From NCBI GenBank assembly GCA_036170915.1, contig JAVHQC010000018.1, positions 1 through 64,000 on the forward strand: a DNA stretch of 64,000 nucleotides. Direction: 5' to 3'. Positions within the stretch are counted from its first letter, which is position 1. Every line of letters starts with the position of its first letter. The notes beneath the pieces are model-generated. The model had not been told where the DNA came from and ran no database searches. It saw only the letters and a list, made by a program, of their open reading frames with translations. The DNA is from Cyanobacteria bacterium auto_48_18. GTDB lineage: Bacteria > Cyanobacteriota > Vampirovibrionia > Obscuribacterales > Obscuribacteraceae. This document shows positions 39,177-49,996 of this stretch, in pieces. A program made the position numbers and the translations under genes.

Positions 39177-39371
39177 ATGAGAGATAAACTGAGACTCTAC
39201 CTCTTTAAACACGAGCGAATCATCTTTCGCTGCATGGTATTTTCTATGTGGATTTTCATGGCATTAGGCACCTATGCTATTTCCCGCGATCCGGTGGGCG
39301 ATTTTCTCAGCGGCAAAAGTAATCGCCTTGACGACTACTGCATTGGCCCGGTGATGAGCGGCACTAAGTAG
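39177..39371 (+). CDS. Small membrane hypothetical protein
   Basis: 64 aa with one hydrophobic helix; fills an intergenic gap. Confidence 0.4.
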   Translation: MRDKLRLYLFKHERIIFRCMVFSMWIFMALGTYAISRDPVGDFLSGKSNRLDDYCIGPVMSGTK

Positions 39372-39382
39372 TTACTTATTGG

Positions 39383-40150
39383 CTAAATCTTTTCTGCCAC
39401 CAACAACAATCTTTCTGAACCCAACTCAAAGTTTTCTGGATTTTCCACATCAGTATTTGCGAGCATATCTACGATTGAAAAGCCGGCAGATTCAAGCATA
39501 TCACTGAGTTCACCAGAAGTATAAATCCAGTGCATAGCTTTGCTAATTTGCTTCTCGCTGCCTCGAATAAAAGTGTAGGTTGACTCAACAGCACTCTTTC
39601 GACAGTCATAATTGTTCTCGACAAGCATGAGCATATCGCCAACCTGAAGCCATTCCTTTTCGCCGCCGTTGACGATAAAGCATTCCGCCACCATGGCAGA
39701 ATCAATTACCAGGCGAGCTTCAGATTCCAGACAGGTAGCAACTGCTTTAAGAAAATCGACCGTACCGGAGCGATCAAAATAGCCGAAACTATTACCCATA
39801 CAAAAAGCACCAGCAAATTTATTCTTGAGCTTGATGGTACGCATGTCGCCTTGAATATAATCAATTTTAGTTTTATGGGCTCGGGCTGATTCGACAGCTT
39901 GATCAAGAAAAGGCTGGCAGAAATCGATACCAGTTACCCTGTAGCCCGAAAGCGACAGCGGCAGACTAAGTCTGCCATTGCCACACGGAACGTCTAGCAA
40001 TCTGCCACCTTCAGGAGCAGCTAGGGTCTGAAGCAAAAATGCCAATTCCTCTTCTGTCTTCTCAATAGGAATGGCGGCACGCCAGAGATCTAAAGCCATG
40101 CCTTGGAAGAACTCTTCATACCAGTTATCTGATTGCGCCCTAACCGTCAT
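39383..40150 (-). CDS. Class I SAM-dependent methyltransferase
   Basis: LLDVPCGNGR, VTGIDF, GDMR, SFGYF. Confidence 0.9.
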   Translation of the reverse strand: MTVRAQSDNWYEEFFQGMALDLWRAAIPIEKTEEELAFLLQTLAAPEGGRLLDVPCGNGRLSLPLSLSGYRVTGIDFCQPFLDQAVESARAHKTKIDYIQGDMRTIKLKNKFAGAFCMGNSFGYFDRSGTVDFLKAVATCLESEARLVIDSAMVAECFIVNGGEKEWLQVGDMLMLVENNYDCRKSAVESTYTFIRGSEKQISKAMHWIYTSGELSDMLESAGFSIVDMLANTDVENPENFELGSERLLLVAEKI

Positions 40151-40173
40151 TGGTGTAGTCCTCTTTCCGTGCC

Positions 40174-40959
40174 CTAAAAAAGAACATCACTGTATTTGTT
40201 TGATAGTTCAAAATCTTTTTTTGCAAGGTCTGGTCGGCCCAGCATAGTGTGAGCCTTACCAAGAATAGCGTAGGTGCTGCCATCTTCAGAGCGGTTCAGT
40301 TTAAGACATTTCTCTAAATCAATCACAGCCAGCGCCGGCTTTTGCCAGAGCACGTAGCATCTGCCGCGGTTAAAATATCCCACGTGGTTGAGCGGCTCTA
40401 ATTTGATAAACATAGTAAAGTCGGCAACGGCTTTGTCGTATTTTTTTTGTGTCGAGTTAAGTAATCCCCGATCCATATAAAAAATAGATTTGTCACCATA
40501 GATTTTAATTGCCTCGCCGACACTTTTGACGGCTTCGTCGACTTTGCCGCTATCCTGCAATGCACATATTAATATGTGATAGGTCCACTCTGGACCAACG
40601 TTAGGAACAGCGCAAATCTCCTTGCCTTGATTGGGTAGAAGGGAAAGACCACGGCGAATTTCAATAATCGCCTCGTCAGGTCTTTCCAATTTATATAAGG
40701 CATAACCCTTGAAGAGGTGAGCTCGGCCAGAGTTTGGCTCTCTCGTCAAAATATAGTCAGCTTTTTGCAGGGCTGTCCGGAAGTCGTACTTTGCCAGCAA
40801 GGCATAAGTATTCTCCAAATATCTGTTCGTCAATGCATCACGATTAGACACACTGGCAACGTTAGAGCCTTCTTTAGGTATTGCCCACTCTGGTGCCAGA
40901 GGGCAGAGCAACATCACGACTATCAGGGCTTCAAAACATCTCATTGCTAAACTCGTCAA
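40174..40959 (-). CDS. TPR protein
   Basis: AHLFKGYALYKL, GYFNRGRCY, YAILGKAH. Confidence 0.8.
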   Translation of the reverse strand: MTSLAMRCFEALIVVMLLCPLAPEWAIPKEGSNVASVSNRDALTNRYLENTYALLAKYDFRTALQKADYILTREPNSGRAHLFKGYALYKLERPDEAIIEIRRGLSLLPNQGKEICAVPNVGPEWTYHILICALQDSGKVDEAVKSVGEAIKIYGDKSIFYMDRGLLNSTQKKYDKAVADFTMFIKLEPLNHVGYFNRGRCYVLWQKPALAVIDLEKCLKLNRSEDGSTYAILGKAHTMLGRPDLAKKDFELSNKYSDVLF

Positions 40960-41055
40960 AAGCTCATAGCCTGGCTTCGCCAGATCGGTTGCTCACCATC
41001 TTAGCGCACGGAGCACCCACATAACCGCTGACCGGCACAGGGCTTGAGAAATAAC

Positions 41056-41083
41056 TTGCCAAGCAGTCGAGCCCAGATATAAT
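41056..41083 (+). promoter_or_regulatory. Putative sigma70 promoter
   Basis: TTGCCA-N16-TATAAT upstream of the TPR/VirB4-like cluster. Confidence 0.45.
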
Positions 41084-41199
41084 GATAGAGGAAGTTTTTT
41101 TACTACAAAGAATCCCAGCCTCGACCTCAAGCAGAGGTTGACGTTAACTGGCGCCACTAGCGAGAAGGTTCGCGTTAACCTTCACACGGCGGTAAAACC

Positions 41200-41952
41200 A
41201 TGAAATGTACTGTACTTAAAACTCCACACCGAATATCCAAACTTTACTGTTTACGCCTGGGCCTGATCCTTGCTGGGGTCTGCTTGGTTGGCCAACAATC
41301 TGTGGAGCAAGTTGAAGCGCCACCAGCTGAAACTGCGCCTGCTGAGGTGATTCAATCTCATCACTGCTGCCAAGGAAATTATTACCTTCAATACATGGCC
41401 GACGGCGATGCTCACCTTGCCGCTAGAGAATACAAGCTGGCTGAACGAGATTATGCCGCTGCTCTTCAGGAAACTAGTAAATTCAACGCTGCCAGCTTCT
41501 GCGTCATTGATACGATGCAATCACTGGCAAACGTGTATTTGTATGAAAAGAAATACAAAAAAGCCGTTGCACTGTTTGAGAAAATTGAGACCCTTAGCGA
41601 AAAAACTCTGCCTGTTGACGATGTGAGATTGACTGAGACTCTGCTTGATCTGGCGGTAAGTTACACTCACAACAGACAACCGGCCAAGGCAGAAGCAACC
41701 TTTAAACGCATAGTCGCCATGTGGGAAAGTGCGCCAGCCGGCTGGGAAGTTAATCGCGCAATTAGTTTCCATAATTTGGCTAGCTTTTACCTACAACATG
41801 GTCGTCAGGCTGATGCCGTCGCCGTGCTGTTTAAACAAAAGCCAGGCAATTTTTCATTGCAGATTGGAAGTTCTAACCAGCATGGAAATAACCCGTATCA
41901 GCATTATGCAAAATTTTCATTCGCACCGAATCTTTGCATTCTCAACAAGTAA
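41200..41952 (+). CDS. TPR protein
   Basis: TMQSLANVYLYEKKYKKA, SFHNLASFY. Confidence 0.7.
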   Translation: MKCTVLKTPHRISKLYCLRLGLILAGVCLVGQQSVEQVEAPPAETAPAEVIQSHHCCQGNYYLQYMADGDAHLAAREYKLAERDYAAALQETSKFNAASFCVIDTMQSLANVYLYEKKYKKAVALFEKIETLSEKTLPVDDVRLTETLLDLAVSYTHNRQPAKAEATFKRIVAMWESAPAGWEVNRAISFHNLASFYLQHGRQADAVAVLFKQKPGNFSLQIGSSNQHGNNPYQHYAKFSFAPNLCILNK

Positions 41953-41978
41953 TTTAGCCTTCGACATTCGGTGGTGAT

Positions 41979-43265
41979 ATGCCTGCATCATTTTTGAAAA
42001 TCTCGAATATTTTACCGCGGCAAAATTGGTTGCGGATGACCGTAGCTGTGGTATGCACCATTCACTGCACAATGGCTCTGCGAGATAGTATAAGATGGAT
42101 TTCGGCGACTAATCACGGTCAAGCTGCGGCCAATAAATGTCAATTTGATGACGCAGAACGGCATATGAAGAAGGCCCTCAAGAGAGCGCAGAAATTTGAT
42201 ATTCATGATCGACGAGTTTGTGTTAGCTACAAAAACCTCATTGACTTTTACTTGTTTACACATAACGACAAAAAGGCAGAGCCACTTTTGCAGCGCTATA
42301 TTGCTCTTGCGGAAGCGCATTCTGACTTTGACCAAATGTGCGTTGCCGACTATCTAAATCAGTTGGGCTGGATCTATAACTCATCGGGGCGCATGGAGCT
42401 TGCTCGATCAATGCGCGAAAAATCTCTAGCAGTAGCTGAAAAACAATTTGGAAGAAACAGCATATCGGTTGTACCATCATTGCTCGGCCTGGCTCATCAA
42501 TGTTTAGATGAGGAGCATTTTGCTGACGCGGATAGGCTTTACAATCGGGCCGTGGCCACATGCGGAGATATAAATTGTCTGGCAGCTGATGATAGGGCTG
42601 TCCTGAATTCTCACTTAGCTTTCTTGCACCAACGTGAGGGCCGGTACAGCGAGTCTATCGCGCTAAATAAAAAAGCATTGGCACAGGCCGGAGAAGTTTT
42701 CGATTCAAACCGTCGAGAAGTTGCAGCTTATCTCAATAATGTAGGCGCTACTTTGATTGACGATGAACAATATCTCGCTGCTGAACCATACTTACGACGC
42801 GCTCTAAGCATCAACCAAGATCAAGACCTTTCTAAAACTGAGCTAACCAGTGTCGCTCGAAATTTAAAGCACTTGGCCACAATAAGTCGAAAGAAAGGAC
42901 AGTTAGACGATGCCGAAATTCAGGCACGAACTTCTTTGAGTATCCGGCAAAAGATTTTAAATCAGGACAATCCGCAAATTGCTGATAGCCTTGATGAGTT
43001 GGCACGAGTTTATCTGGCACAACACAAGTATAAAGAAGCAGAAACACTCGCAGTTGAAGCCTATGATATCTCACGTCATGTTTTTGGCTTGACCCACACA
43101 AGGTGGACAAACAGTGGGGAAATTTTAGTCCAAATATATTGCGAAACTGGCCGATTTGAGCTCGCAGAAGAGCTATCACACGCACTTTCTGATCTCAGAG
43201 TGAAGCAGTTAGGGGTTGAGCATCCAAGAGTTGCTAGGACAAGACTATATGGAACGTTGCACTAA
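41979..43265 (+). CDS. TPR (TPR_10/12-type) protein
   Basis: Multiple YLNQLG/YLNNVG/SLDELARVY repeats. Confidence 0.8.
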   Translation: MPASFLKISNILPRQNWLRMTVAVVCTIHCTMALRDSIRWISATNHGQAAANKCQFDDAERHMKKALKRAQKFDIHDRRVCVSYKNLIDFYLFTHNDKKAEPLLQRYIALAEAHSDFDQMCVADYLNQLGWIYNSSGRMELARSMREKSLAVAEKQFGRNSISVVPSLLGLAHQCLDEEHFADADRLYNRAVATCGDINCLAADDRAVLNSHLAFLHQREGRYSESIALNKKALAQAGEVFDSNRREVAAYLNNVGATLIDDEQYLAAEPYLRRALSINQDQDLSKTELTSVARNLKHLATISRKKGQLDDAEIQARTSLSIRQKILNQDNPQIADSLDELARVYLAQHKYKEAETLAVEAYDISRHVFGLTHTRWTNSGEILVQIYCETGRFELAEELSHALSDLRVKQLGVEHPRVARTRLYGTLH

Positions 43266-43286
43266 CCTAAATGATAAGGAAGCACC

Positions 43287-45341
43287 GTGATGAGTGAACA
43301 ACCGCTGCACAAAGTCATATGCTTCTCCGACAAGATAAAGCTTCCCGCCCCGAGTAAACGAAAAAAAACATCGCTATTGCCACCAATCAATTTCCTCGAC
43401 GGTGAGCATGATGGAATTTTCGCGCTGCCGGATGGAGGGCTGCGGCGCATCATCAAGTGCCATGGTATCAACCCGCTTTTTGATAGTGAACAACTACTGA
43501 AATTAGAAAAAGAATTTACAACTTTGTTGCTCAACACTACTTGCGCAATTCAGCTGGTGGCGGTCACTCGTCCATTCAATCTCGACAATTATCGCAAACA
43601 ACTTCGGCCTGTGATAAAGCCAGAAAATGAATATCTTAAATGGTACGCAGACTACAGCGATAAATGGTTGCATCGCGTCACCGAGGTCACCTTCACACCC
43701 GACAAAGAATTTTTTGTGGTGCTGACGGTGCCAGGAAAATTCAGCAAAACTTCAGCAAAGCGTTTGCTTAAAGCCGAGCGCGACCAGCTTGCAAAACTTG
43801 AGGAAGAGTCGCGAAAATTTACCAAGTTGCTGACCAAATTCAAACTGGCACCATTGTTCTTATCGCGCTCTGAGAGCCGCAAAACCCTAGCGTCGATGCT
43901 TTTTCCTCCCAAAGATTCCGACGCGTTTTTACAAGAAGAAATTCCTGAAGCATTGAGCGATTCGACAATTTGCGAACCTGAATTTAGTCAAACCGATTTT
44001 CAGCTAACAGCTGGAGACATGCAGATGCGTAATTTTTTCCTCTCGCAATTGCCAACGGCAAATTGGATGGGATGGTTAGTCGATTCGTTGACAATCATGG
44101 CTCCGCTCACTGTTTCTATGCATTTTCAACCATGCTCGCAGACAGAGGTTCATAAGAAAATTCGCAAAAGCCTTGCATCCGGTACTACAAACAAAACCCT
44201 TGAATCAATTTTAAGTGGGCAAGACAAGACGCTAGATATTTCGATGTATGTCTCCACTTACTACAATTCAAAAGAATGGGTCGATTATCAGTGCGGACAA
44301 GCAAAAGAATTTTTGCGTCGGCGCGGCGCCACTTTGAAAGAAGCTAAAGGCAATCAAGTAGAAGCGTTTCGCAGTGCTACTCCTCTTGGTCTGGATGCAC
44401 TCGGAGTTAAACACAGAGTATCCAGCAAAATTGCTGCTGCCTGTTGGCCATTATTTACAGCCATGGAAGATAAATCGGTTGGGCATGCAATCGGCTTTGC
44501 CTTGCAATCACTCGAACCAGCGTTTTTAGAAGCTCGTGTGCCAGCTAACATTTTTGTGGCCGGGGGAAAAAATGAAACTACTCAGTCACTTATTACGTTG
44601 ATTGCCCTTAAATCACTCTGTCAGGGATCTTGTGTTCTGTATTTAGGGGCATCAGAATCCATTACATTCCTCGGCACCTTGCTTGGTCATGATGTGAGCG
44701 GGAAGTTTCAGCTCAAAGCACCGCTGGCAGCTCTCGAGGCCGGCCGGTTGATACAAATTATCGCACCTGGTGATATTGATCTTGTCGACGAGGAGGCGGC
44801 CGCACAAGCGACTAAATCTCTCTGCGAATTTGCTGCAGAAAGCAGCGCCGTTATTCTTATAGAAGAGATTGGCGCTTTTATGAAAACCAAAGCAGCCAGA
44901 CAGTCTTTGCAAAAAATTCTGGAGTTTGCCCGCGAGCAAAAATTGCATTTGGCACTGGGAGCAAACGCATCTTCAGCTGCCAACAAAAACGCCTGGCCCT
45001 TTATTCAACAATGCCCAACCAAATTGATAATTCCTCAGCACAATAAGGCTGAATTTTTGAGGCAAATAAATATTACCCAGCCTCAAGCTGACGTTTGTCA
45101 GGCGAATAATTGCGGCATTCTCAGTACCGCTCAAGCCAGCAACTCTATGCGGTTTGTATTCAGCCCCATGGATTGCTATATAAGTCCAGATCCACTCTGG
45201 ACACTGGGTCGAACGAAGCAGGTTTCGGTAGATTTGCGGCAAAAGATGATTACTCAGTGCCAGGCGAAAAATCCCAAACTTTCCGAGACCGATTCGGTGC
45301 GTCAGGGCGTGTATTACGCCGGTATGGCAGCTCCTCAGTAA
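43287..45341 (+). CDS. Degenerate VirB4/TraE-like protein
   Basis: DGIFALPDGGLRRIIKCHGIN, IQLVAVTRPFNLDNY, TPLGLDAL..KIAAACWP; no intact Walker A. Confidence 0.55.
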   Translation: MMSEQPLHKVICFSDKIKLPAPSKRKKTSLLPPINFLDGEHDGIFALPDGGLRRIIKCHGINPLFDSEQLLKLEKEFTTLLLNTTCAIQLVAVTRPFNLDNYRKQLRPVIKPENEYLKWYADYSDKWLHRVTEVTFTPDKEFFVVLTVPGKFSKTSAKRLLKAERDQLAKLEEESRKFTKLLTKFKLAPLFLSRSESRKTLASMLFPPKDSDAFLQEEIPEALSDSTICEPEFSQTDFQLTAGDMQMRNFFLSQLPTANWMGWLVDSLTIMAPLTVSMHFQPCSQTEVHKKIRKSLASGTTNKTLESILSGQDKTLDISMYVSTYYNSKEWVDYQCGQAKEFLRRRGATLKEAKGNQVEAFRSATPLGLDALGVKHRVSSKIAAACWPLFTAMEDKSVGHAIGFALQSLEPAFLEARVPANIFVAGGKNETTQSLITLIALKSLCQGSCVLYLGASESITFLGTLLGHDVSGKFQLKAPLAALEAGRLIQIIAPGDIDLVDEEAAAQATKSLCEFAAESSAVILIEEIGAFMKTKAARQSLQKILEFAREQKLHLALGANASSAANKNAWPFIQQCPTKLIIPQHNKAEFLRQINITQPQADVCQANNCGILSTAQASNSMRFVFSPMDCYISPDPLWTLGRTKQVSVDLRQKMITQCQAKNPKLSETDSVRQGVYYAGMAAPQ

Positions 45342-45401
45342 TAAATGGAACCTCAAGCATAAATGGCCGTCTTCTCCTGCAAATCCCAGGAGGATCAAAT
45401 A

Positions 45402-45932
45402 ATGAAAAAATTGCTGCTGAGCTATTTGGCTTCAGCTCTAGCTTTTGCCGCAACCGTGCCCGCTCAAGCTGAAGTGATCGAAACCACCACTGAGACTCAA
45501 CTTCCCGCCCAAGTAGTTGATAGCTACATGAAACCCACTGTGTCACGCACTAAAAGCGTCACTAGCGCAGACGGCACCACTGAAAAAACTGTTGAACCTT
45601 TGATTCAAGAGCGTCAGGAACGAGTAATCATTCCTACCGAAAAAGTAACCACTACTACTGACATCACACCGGCTCGTGTGGTCAGTGAGCAAGTGACAAC
45701 CAACAAAGCAGCCTCGACCACCGTCGTGCGAAAAAGAGTCGCTCCACGTAGAAGAGTTGCAGTTCGTCGTACTGCTCGCAGACGCGTTGCCGTGAGACCA
45801 GCTGTATCATCTTCCTCATCTGTTGCCGTTCGTCGCACCGTAGTTCAACCGCAAGTTGTGCAACAGTCACAAACTGTTGAACAAAAGCACGTATTGATTG
45901 AAAGGCCAGATCCAGCTTTGAATCTGCCGTAG
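45402..45932 (+). CDS. Secreted T/V-rich protein with an Arg-rich segment
   Basis: MKKLLL...AQA signal peptide, AGGAGG RBS. Confidence 0.75.
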   Translation: MKKLLLSYLASALAFAATVPAQAEVIETTTETQLPAQVVDSYMKPTVSRTKSVTSADGTTEKTVEPLIQERQERVIIPTEKVTTTTDITPARVVSEQVTTNKAASTTVVRKRVAPRRRVAVRRTARRRVAVRPAVSSSSSVAVRRTVVQPQVVQQSQTVEQKHVLIERPDPALNLP

Positions 45933-45957
45933 GCGTCAATCAAAGCTTGATTAACTT

Positions 45958-45997
45958 GCAAGCCTCCGAGCACCGAAAGCTCGGGGGTTTGCTTTTT
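45958..45997 (+). terminator. Intrinsic terminator
   Basis: GCAAGCCTCCGAGC...GCTCGGGGGTTTGC followed by TTTTT. Confidence 0.75.
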
Positions 45998-46100
45998 GAC
46001 TGGTACTCCTGCCAAGAAAAATAAATGACTGAAGCAGGAACTTACAGACCCGGCCGCTGTCGTATTTCACATGTAAACGCACAGCTACAGGATTTTTTCG

Positions 46101-46595
46101 ATGAAAATTGCCCACATTGCCATCATTGCCCTCACGGCTTTAGTCTTCTCGCAATCTGCTTTCGCTAAAGATGATGGTTCAAAAGACATGGCAAAAACTA
46201 TTAAGGACTCGAAAAAATTTGCCTATTTATCAGATTCTCTGCGACGTGTGGGTATGACCAAAACCTTACAAGGGCCAGGGCCGTATACATTTTTTGTGCC
46301 TAAAAATGACGCTTTCGACGATATGCCTTATGGTAAGTGGGTAGAATTTTGGAACGACAAGCCAAAAATGAAACAAGTTCTTTCAAGAGGTCTGGTCAAG
46401 GGGCGGTATGATGCAGCAGCTATATCGGCTGGGACGACTTTGCACACCGTTGATGGTGGCGCTTTAAAAATTGAAAACCGAGAAAAGGATGTGTGGATCG
46501 GTGATGAAAAGCTTAAAGAATCTGACATTCAGTGCTCAAACGGTGTGATTCATATTGTTGACGGCTTCATCAATAAAAATGCGGACGCAAAGTAA
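46101..46595 (+). CDS. Fasciclin (FAS1) domain protein
   Basis: GPGPYTFFVPKNDAF, DIQCSNGVIHIVD; signal peptide. Confidence 0.9.
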   Translation: MKIAHIAIIALTALVFSQSAFAKDDGSKDMAKTIKDSKKFAYLSDSLRRVGMTKTLQGPGPYTFFVPKNDAFDDMPYGKWVEFWNDKPKMKQVLSRGLVKGRYDAAAISAGTTLHTVDGGALKIENREKDVWIGDEKLKESDIQCSNGVIHIVDGFINKNADAK

Positions 46596-46609
46596 AACTA
46601 AGGGGAAAA

Positions 46610-48235
46610 CTAAAAGTGAGTCTTGTCCTTTAGACAAACCCATCGTGGATCGGCGAAACTGACTTGCTGACATTTCATCCACCTTTTCTCCATTGCCCAA
46701 AACTCAGAAATAGACACCACCTGACTGTCTGATTTACAAACTGGGCACTGTTTTTGCGCCATCAATCGGTCGAATCTGGCTATCTCAACCTTATTGCCGC
46801 CATCGACTGCCCCCGCATAACACTCCCTCAAGGCCTTCCGAATAAAAAGAGGATCTTGAGTTGCTCCTGCTCACCGTGCAAACTCTCGCAAATTACCGTA
46901 ATCAGGAACCGTCTCAAATGAAAAATCCTCCACTTCGTTGCTTACAACAATTTGGTCACGTATGCGCTTAGCTTTTTGAAAAGCCGGTTGCACAGCATAG
47001 CTCGCCGTCTCATCAATCGATCCAAAAAGTGGATTTGATACTAAAGCGAATCCATGACTGAAAGCATTCGCACTATTGAATCGTGGAGTAATTTTGACCA
47101 CGCCTGTTCCATCTATAAAACCGAACTTCGCGTGCTCATATGGTTCGTTGCGAGGTCCACTTTCCGGAGGAATTCCACCTACAGAATAGGGGTACCAGCC
47201 GTTGTCGCCGCATGGTTGAACGGAGTTGGTCCCGTCCGGCAAATCAAAAAGTTTTAAACAACCTTGATTGAACAAACTAAATGTGCCACCACTTTTAACT
47301 AAAATTGTTGAACCGAAATCTTCAACGAAATCGTGCGTTGGCGCTATTAAGACTTTGCCGCTTTTATCTATCATGCCATAGCGATTATCTGCATTGACGA
47401 CAACAGCGCGATTGCCTTTAAACGGTAAGACTCTATAGTAAAACTCGCACTTAGCAGTTTGGCCCGAAGCCGAGAGCAAGACCGTGTATAAACGGTCGCC
47501 GTCTTTGTCGAAATAACTGGTAAAACCGTCTGAAAATGGTGAGCTGTAATTGTCTAAAGGCAATACAAATTTCACTCGCCCACTTCTATCGATAAAACCA
47601 TGTCTAGAGATCGTAGTTTGCCCTGGGCCATGCGCGTCGGGAATCACTTTTTCAGTTATAACAATCTGCTTCAGCCCGCATGAATAGTAGTCACCAGTAA
47701 ATTCGACATTAGAGGGTAGCTCTGCCACCACACCATGCTCATTTAAGAGAATTTCTCTATTGCCGGAATCTGCAGCGCGGCTGACTTTGTACATACCATC
47801 ACCGAGAAAATGACATTGGAATAAAATATCGGCAGTTGGTTCGATAATAGTTCGACCATCCCGATGCTTCAGTGAGTGATTAAACACTCCATCGTGACCA
47901 TCTGCAATAATTTCGTATGGAACGTCCAGCTCTTTTGCCAGTAGCTTCGCAGGCAGCTCACGTAAGATTTTTACACCAGACTTTTCGATTAGAAAATCAA
48001 AATTGTGATTGGGACCCCCGAGCATCGGAGTAATCACATATTGGTCGTAATCAACATCGCGAATCTCTGCGTATTTGCAAGGCAAGATTTCTTTGCCAGA
48101 AATGTCGTTTAAGCCATAGAGCTCAAGCGCGGTAGCTGATTGGCAAGCACTGGCCATCAGCAACACTAATGTAGTGAAAATCTTTTGCCTAAAGATATAT
48201 CGACATGGACTATCGGTTGCCAAACTTCGCTCCAT
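46610..48235 (-). CDS. WG-repeat exported protein; in-frame TGA at 46873-46871 separates a C-terminal Cys-motif segment
   Basis: GFIDRSG, YGMIDKSGKVLIAP, FGFIDGTG..ITPRF..A..FSHG repeats; frame stays open after the TGA to TAG 46610. Confidence 0.65.
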
Positions 48236-48345
48236 TTAAGCGCCTCTTGGGTGTCTTACTTCGCAAGCATTTATCTATTGCCAGTACAATCTTCGTTAAC
48301 AACTTCCCTTTAGGGATCGACATAAACCAATAGGACCACTTTACA

Positions 48346-48588
48346 TTGAACAGTATTATAAGACCACTATTGCTCATCGCTGGCCTGGTGGCTTTTATGG
48401 GGCTAAGCCCTTTTCTAACTTATGGTTCCTACGGTATCCTTGAGATTGCTTCAGTAGAGTCGCACAGCGACAAACATGCGATTGAGGGTCATTTACTTTT
48501 CTGCCTTTATTTCGCATTACAGGGAGCACTACTAATTTTTTGCCTGCTTCCCTTTGTTGTCACCATTGTGCGTGGTCGCGAAAAATAA
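48346..48588 (+). CDS. Small membrane hypothetical protein
   Basis: Two hydrophobic helices. Confidence 0.45.
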   Translation: MNSIIRPLLLIAGLVAFMGLSPFLTYGSYGILEIASVESHSDKHAIEGHLLFCLYFALQGALLIFCLLPFVVTIVRGREK

Positions 48589-48640
48589 CGAAATAGAAAC
48601 TAGGTCCGCAATTTCAAAAACCGAGTCATCAATGACTCAA

Positions 48641-49237
48641 TTAATTTGATATTGCCTCAAGCACCCACCGCGCACGCCTGGCCACCCCTTCATCAGCAGA
48701 CTGGCTGAGACTGGTGACAGCCGTTACAAATTCTTCGTTGCTTACTCTTCTGGCCAGCTTGCAATAACGTCGAAATTCGCGTCGATCACGGTTCAAGATA
48801 GCTTGCAGCACCACACTACGCAATCGCGCTGCAGTGCCGCGAGTTAGCTGTTGCTGTACAATCATTTCAATTAGCTTTTCCTTCACGTAACCGCTCCGAA
48901 AAAACCACGGATCATCTTCCAAGAATGTGATGGTCAAATCTGGTTTGCACGATTTATCTGTTCGAAGCATTTCAAATTCTGCCCAAAAACCAATTGGATA
49001 AGCCTCTTCGATCGTCTTATGAAAAAGCGCTACTGCGCTCAGCCACACTGCCTTTTCTTGATCCTTTCCAAATCGCCTGTTCCAATGGTGAAAAGCATCA
49101 TGCACAAGTTCGCTTACCAATCGAGCACGCTTTGCGCGCTCAGACTGGATAAAAACTGGTGGCACCTTTTGCATAGCCAAGATTTGCTTTTTCAGATCAG
49201 CAATTGAAAGCGGTTCTCTTTTCACCCCGCGGCGCAT
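48641..49237 (-). CDS. Hypothetical protein
   Basis: 198 aa ORF in a run with neighbours; FLEDDPWFFRSGYVKE. Confidence 0.6.
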   Translation of the reverse strand: MRRGVKREPLSIADLKKQILAMQKVPPVFIQSERAKRARLVSELVHDAFHHWNRRFGKDQEKAVWLSAVALFHKTIEEAYPIGFWAEFEMLRTDKSCKPDLTITFLEDDPWFFRSGYVKEKLIEMIVQQQLTRGTAARLRSVVLQAILNRDRREFRRYCKLARRVSNEEFVTAVTSLSQSADEGVARRARWVLEAISN

Positions 49238-49246
49238 CTACTTATC

Positions 49247-49996
49247 CTACTTGAAAGCATCGGTAGCGCCACTCTGAATTTGAAAAACCGAATCATGTAT
49301 GGTTTGGTCCACAATAACTGACGAGTAGCTATATGTAACCTGATAAGTCATCGGGAGCAGAAAAGTTGGCAGACTATCCTTGGCGAGTTCAATCGCCTCT
49401 GCGGCTAGCCCAGAACTAGCGAAAATATTGCCCATTAACTCCAAACTTTCTTCTGACTGCAACGCAGCAATGATTTCGGCTCTCTTCGCTTCGGTAACTA
49501 TTGTCGTCTCTCTAATACGGCGCACCAAATAACTATCTTTTTCAATCCACGCTTCAGTATCATCACCAGTCACATTTCGACCAGTCAAATGAAAGCATTC
49601 AGTCTCGTAAACCACTTCGCTATCAAGCGCTTGGATGTCAGACATATCTTGCCAAAGATTATCAGGCCCGAGTACCTCGGCGACAAGCAGATATAAAATT
49701 CCTGAAACTGCGGTGGCACGTGCAATCATCAAGGCAAAGCTTTCGCAAAACTCAACCTCATTCCCATGAGTAATCGTGCAGCGATCCCCGTCACTACAAA
49801 TCGAACTGTCGCATTTGGGCTTAGCACTAATCGAATACGGCCACTGAAGTCGAAATTTCTCTGGCCTTTTAAAGTGCGTTTGAAACTCGAGGGGCGGGCC
49901 GGGCGAATAAGCTGATTCAAACGTCCCAACATCGCTATACGTCGAAAAACCAGCGTAGGTCTCACGCACTTTCTGCAAAAGTTCAGCACCATCCAC
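49247..49996 (-). CDS. Hypothetical protein (LolA-like fold possible)
   Basis: FKRPEKFRLQW, CFHL...WIEKDSYLVRRI. Confidence 0.55.
   Translation of the reverse strand: MDGAELLQKVRETYAGFSTYSDVGTFESAYSPGPPLEFQTHFKRPEKFRLQWPYSISAKPKCDSSICSDGDRCTITHGNEVEFCESFALMIARATAVSGILYLLVAEVLGPDNLWQDMSDIQALDSEVVYETECFHLTGRNVTGDDTEAWIEKDSYLVRRIRETTIVTEAKRAEIIAALQSEESLELMGNIFASSGLAAEAIELAKDSLPTFLLPMTYQVTYSYSSVIVDQTIHDSVFQIQSGATDAFK

Noticed and set aside
41100..41199. Riboswitch in the hairpin-containing leader of the TPR gene
   Set aside because: Two small hairpins are present, but I recognise no aptamer consensus. An Rfam scan would be needed.
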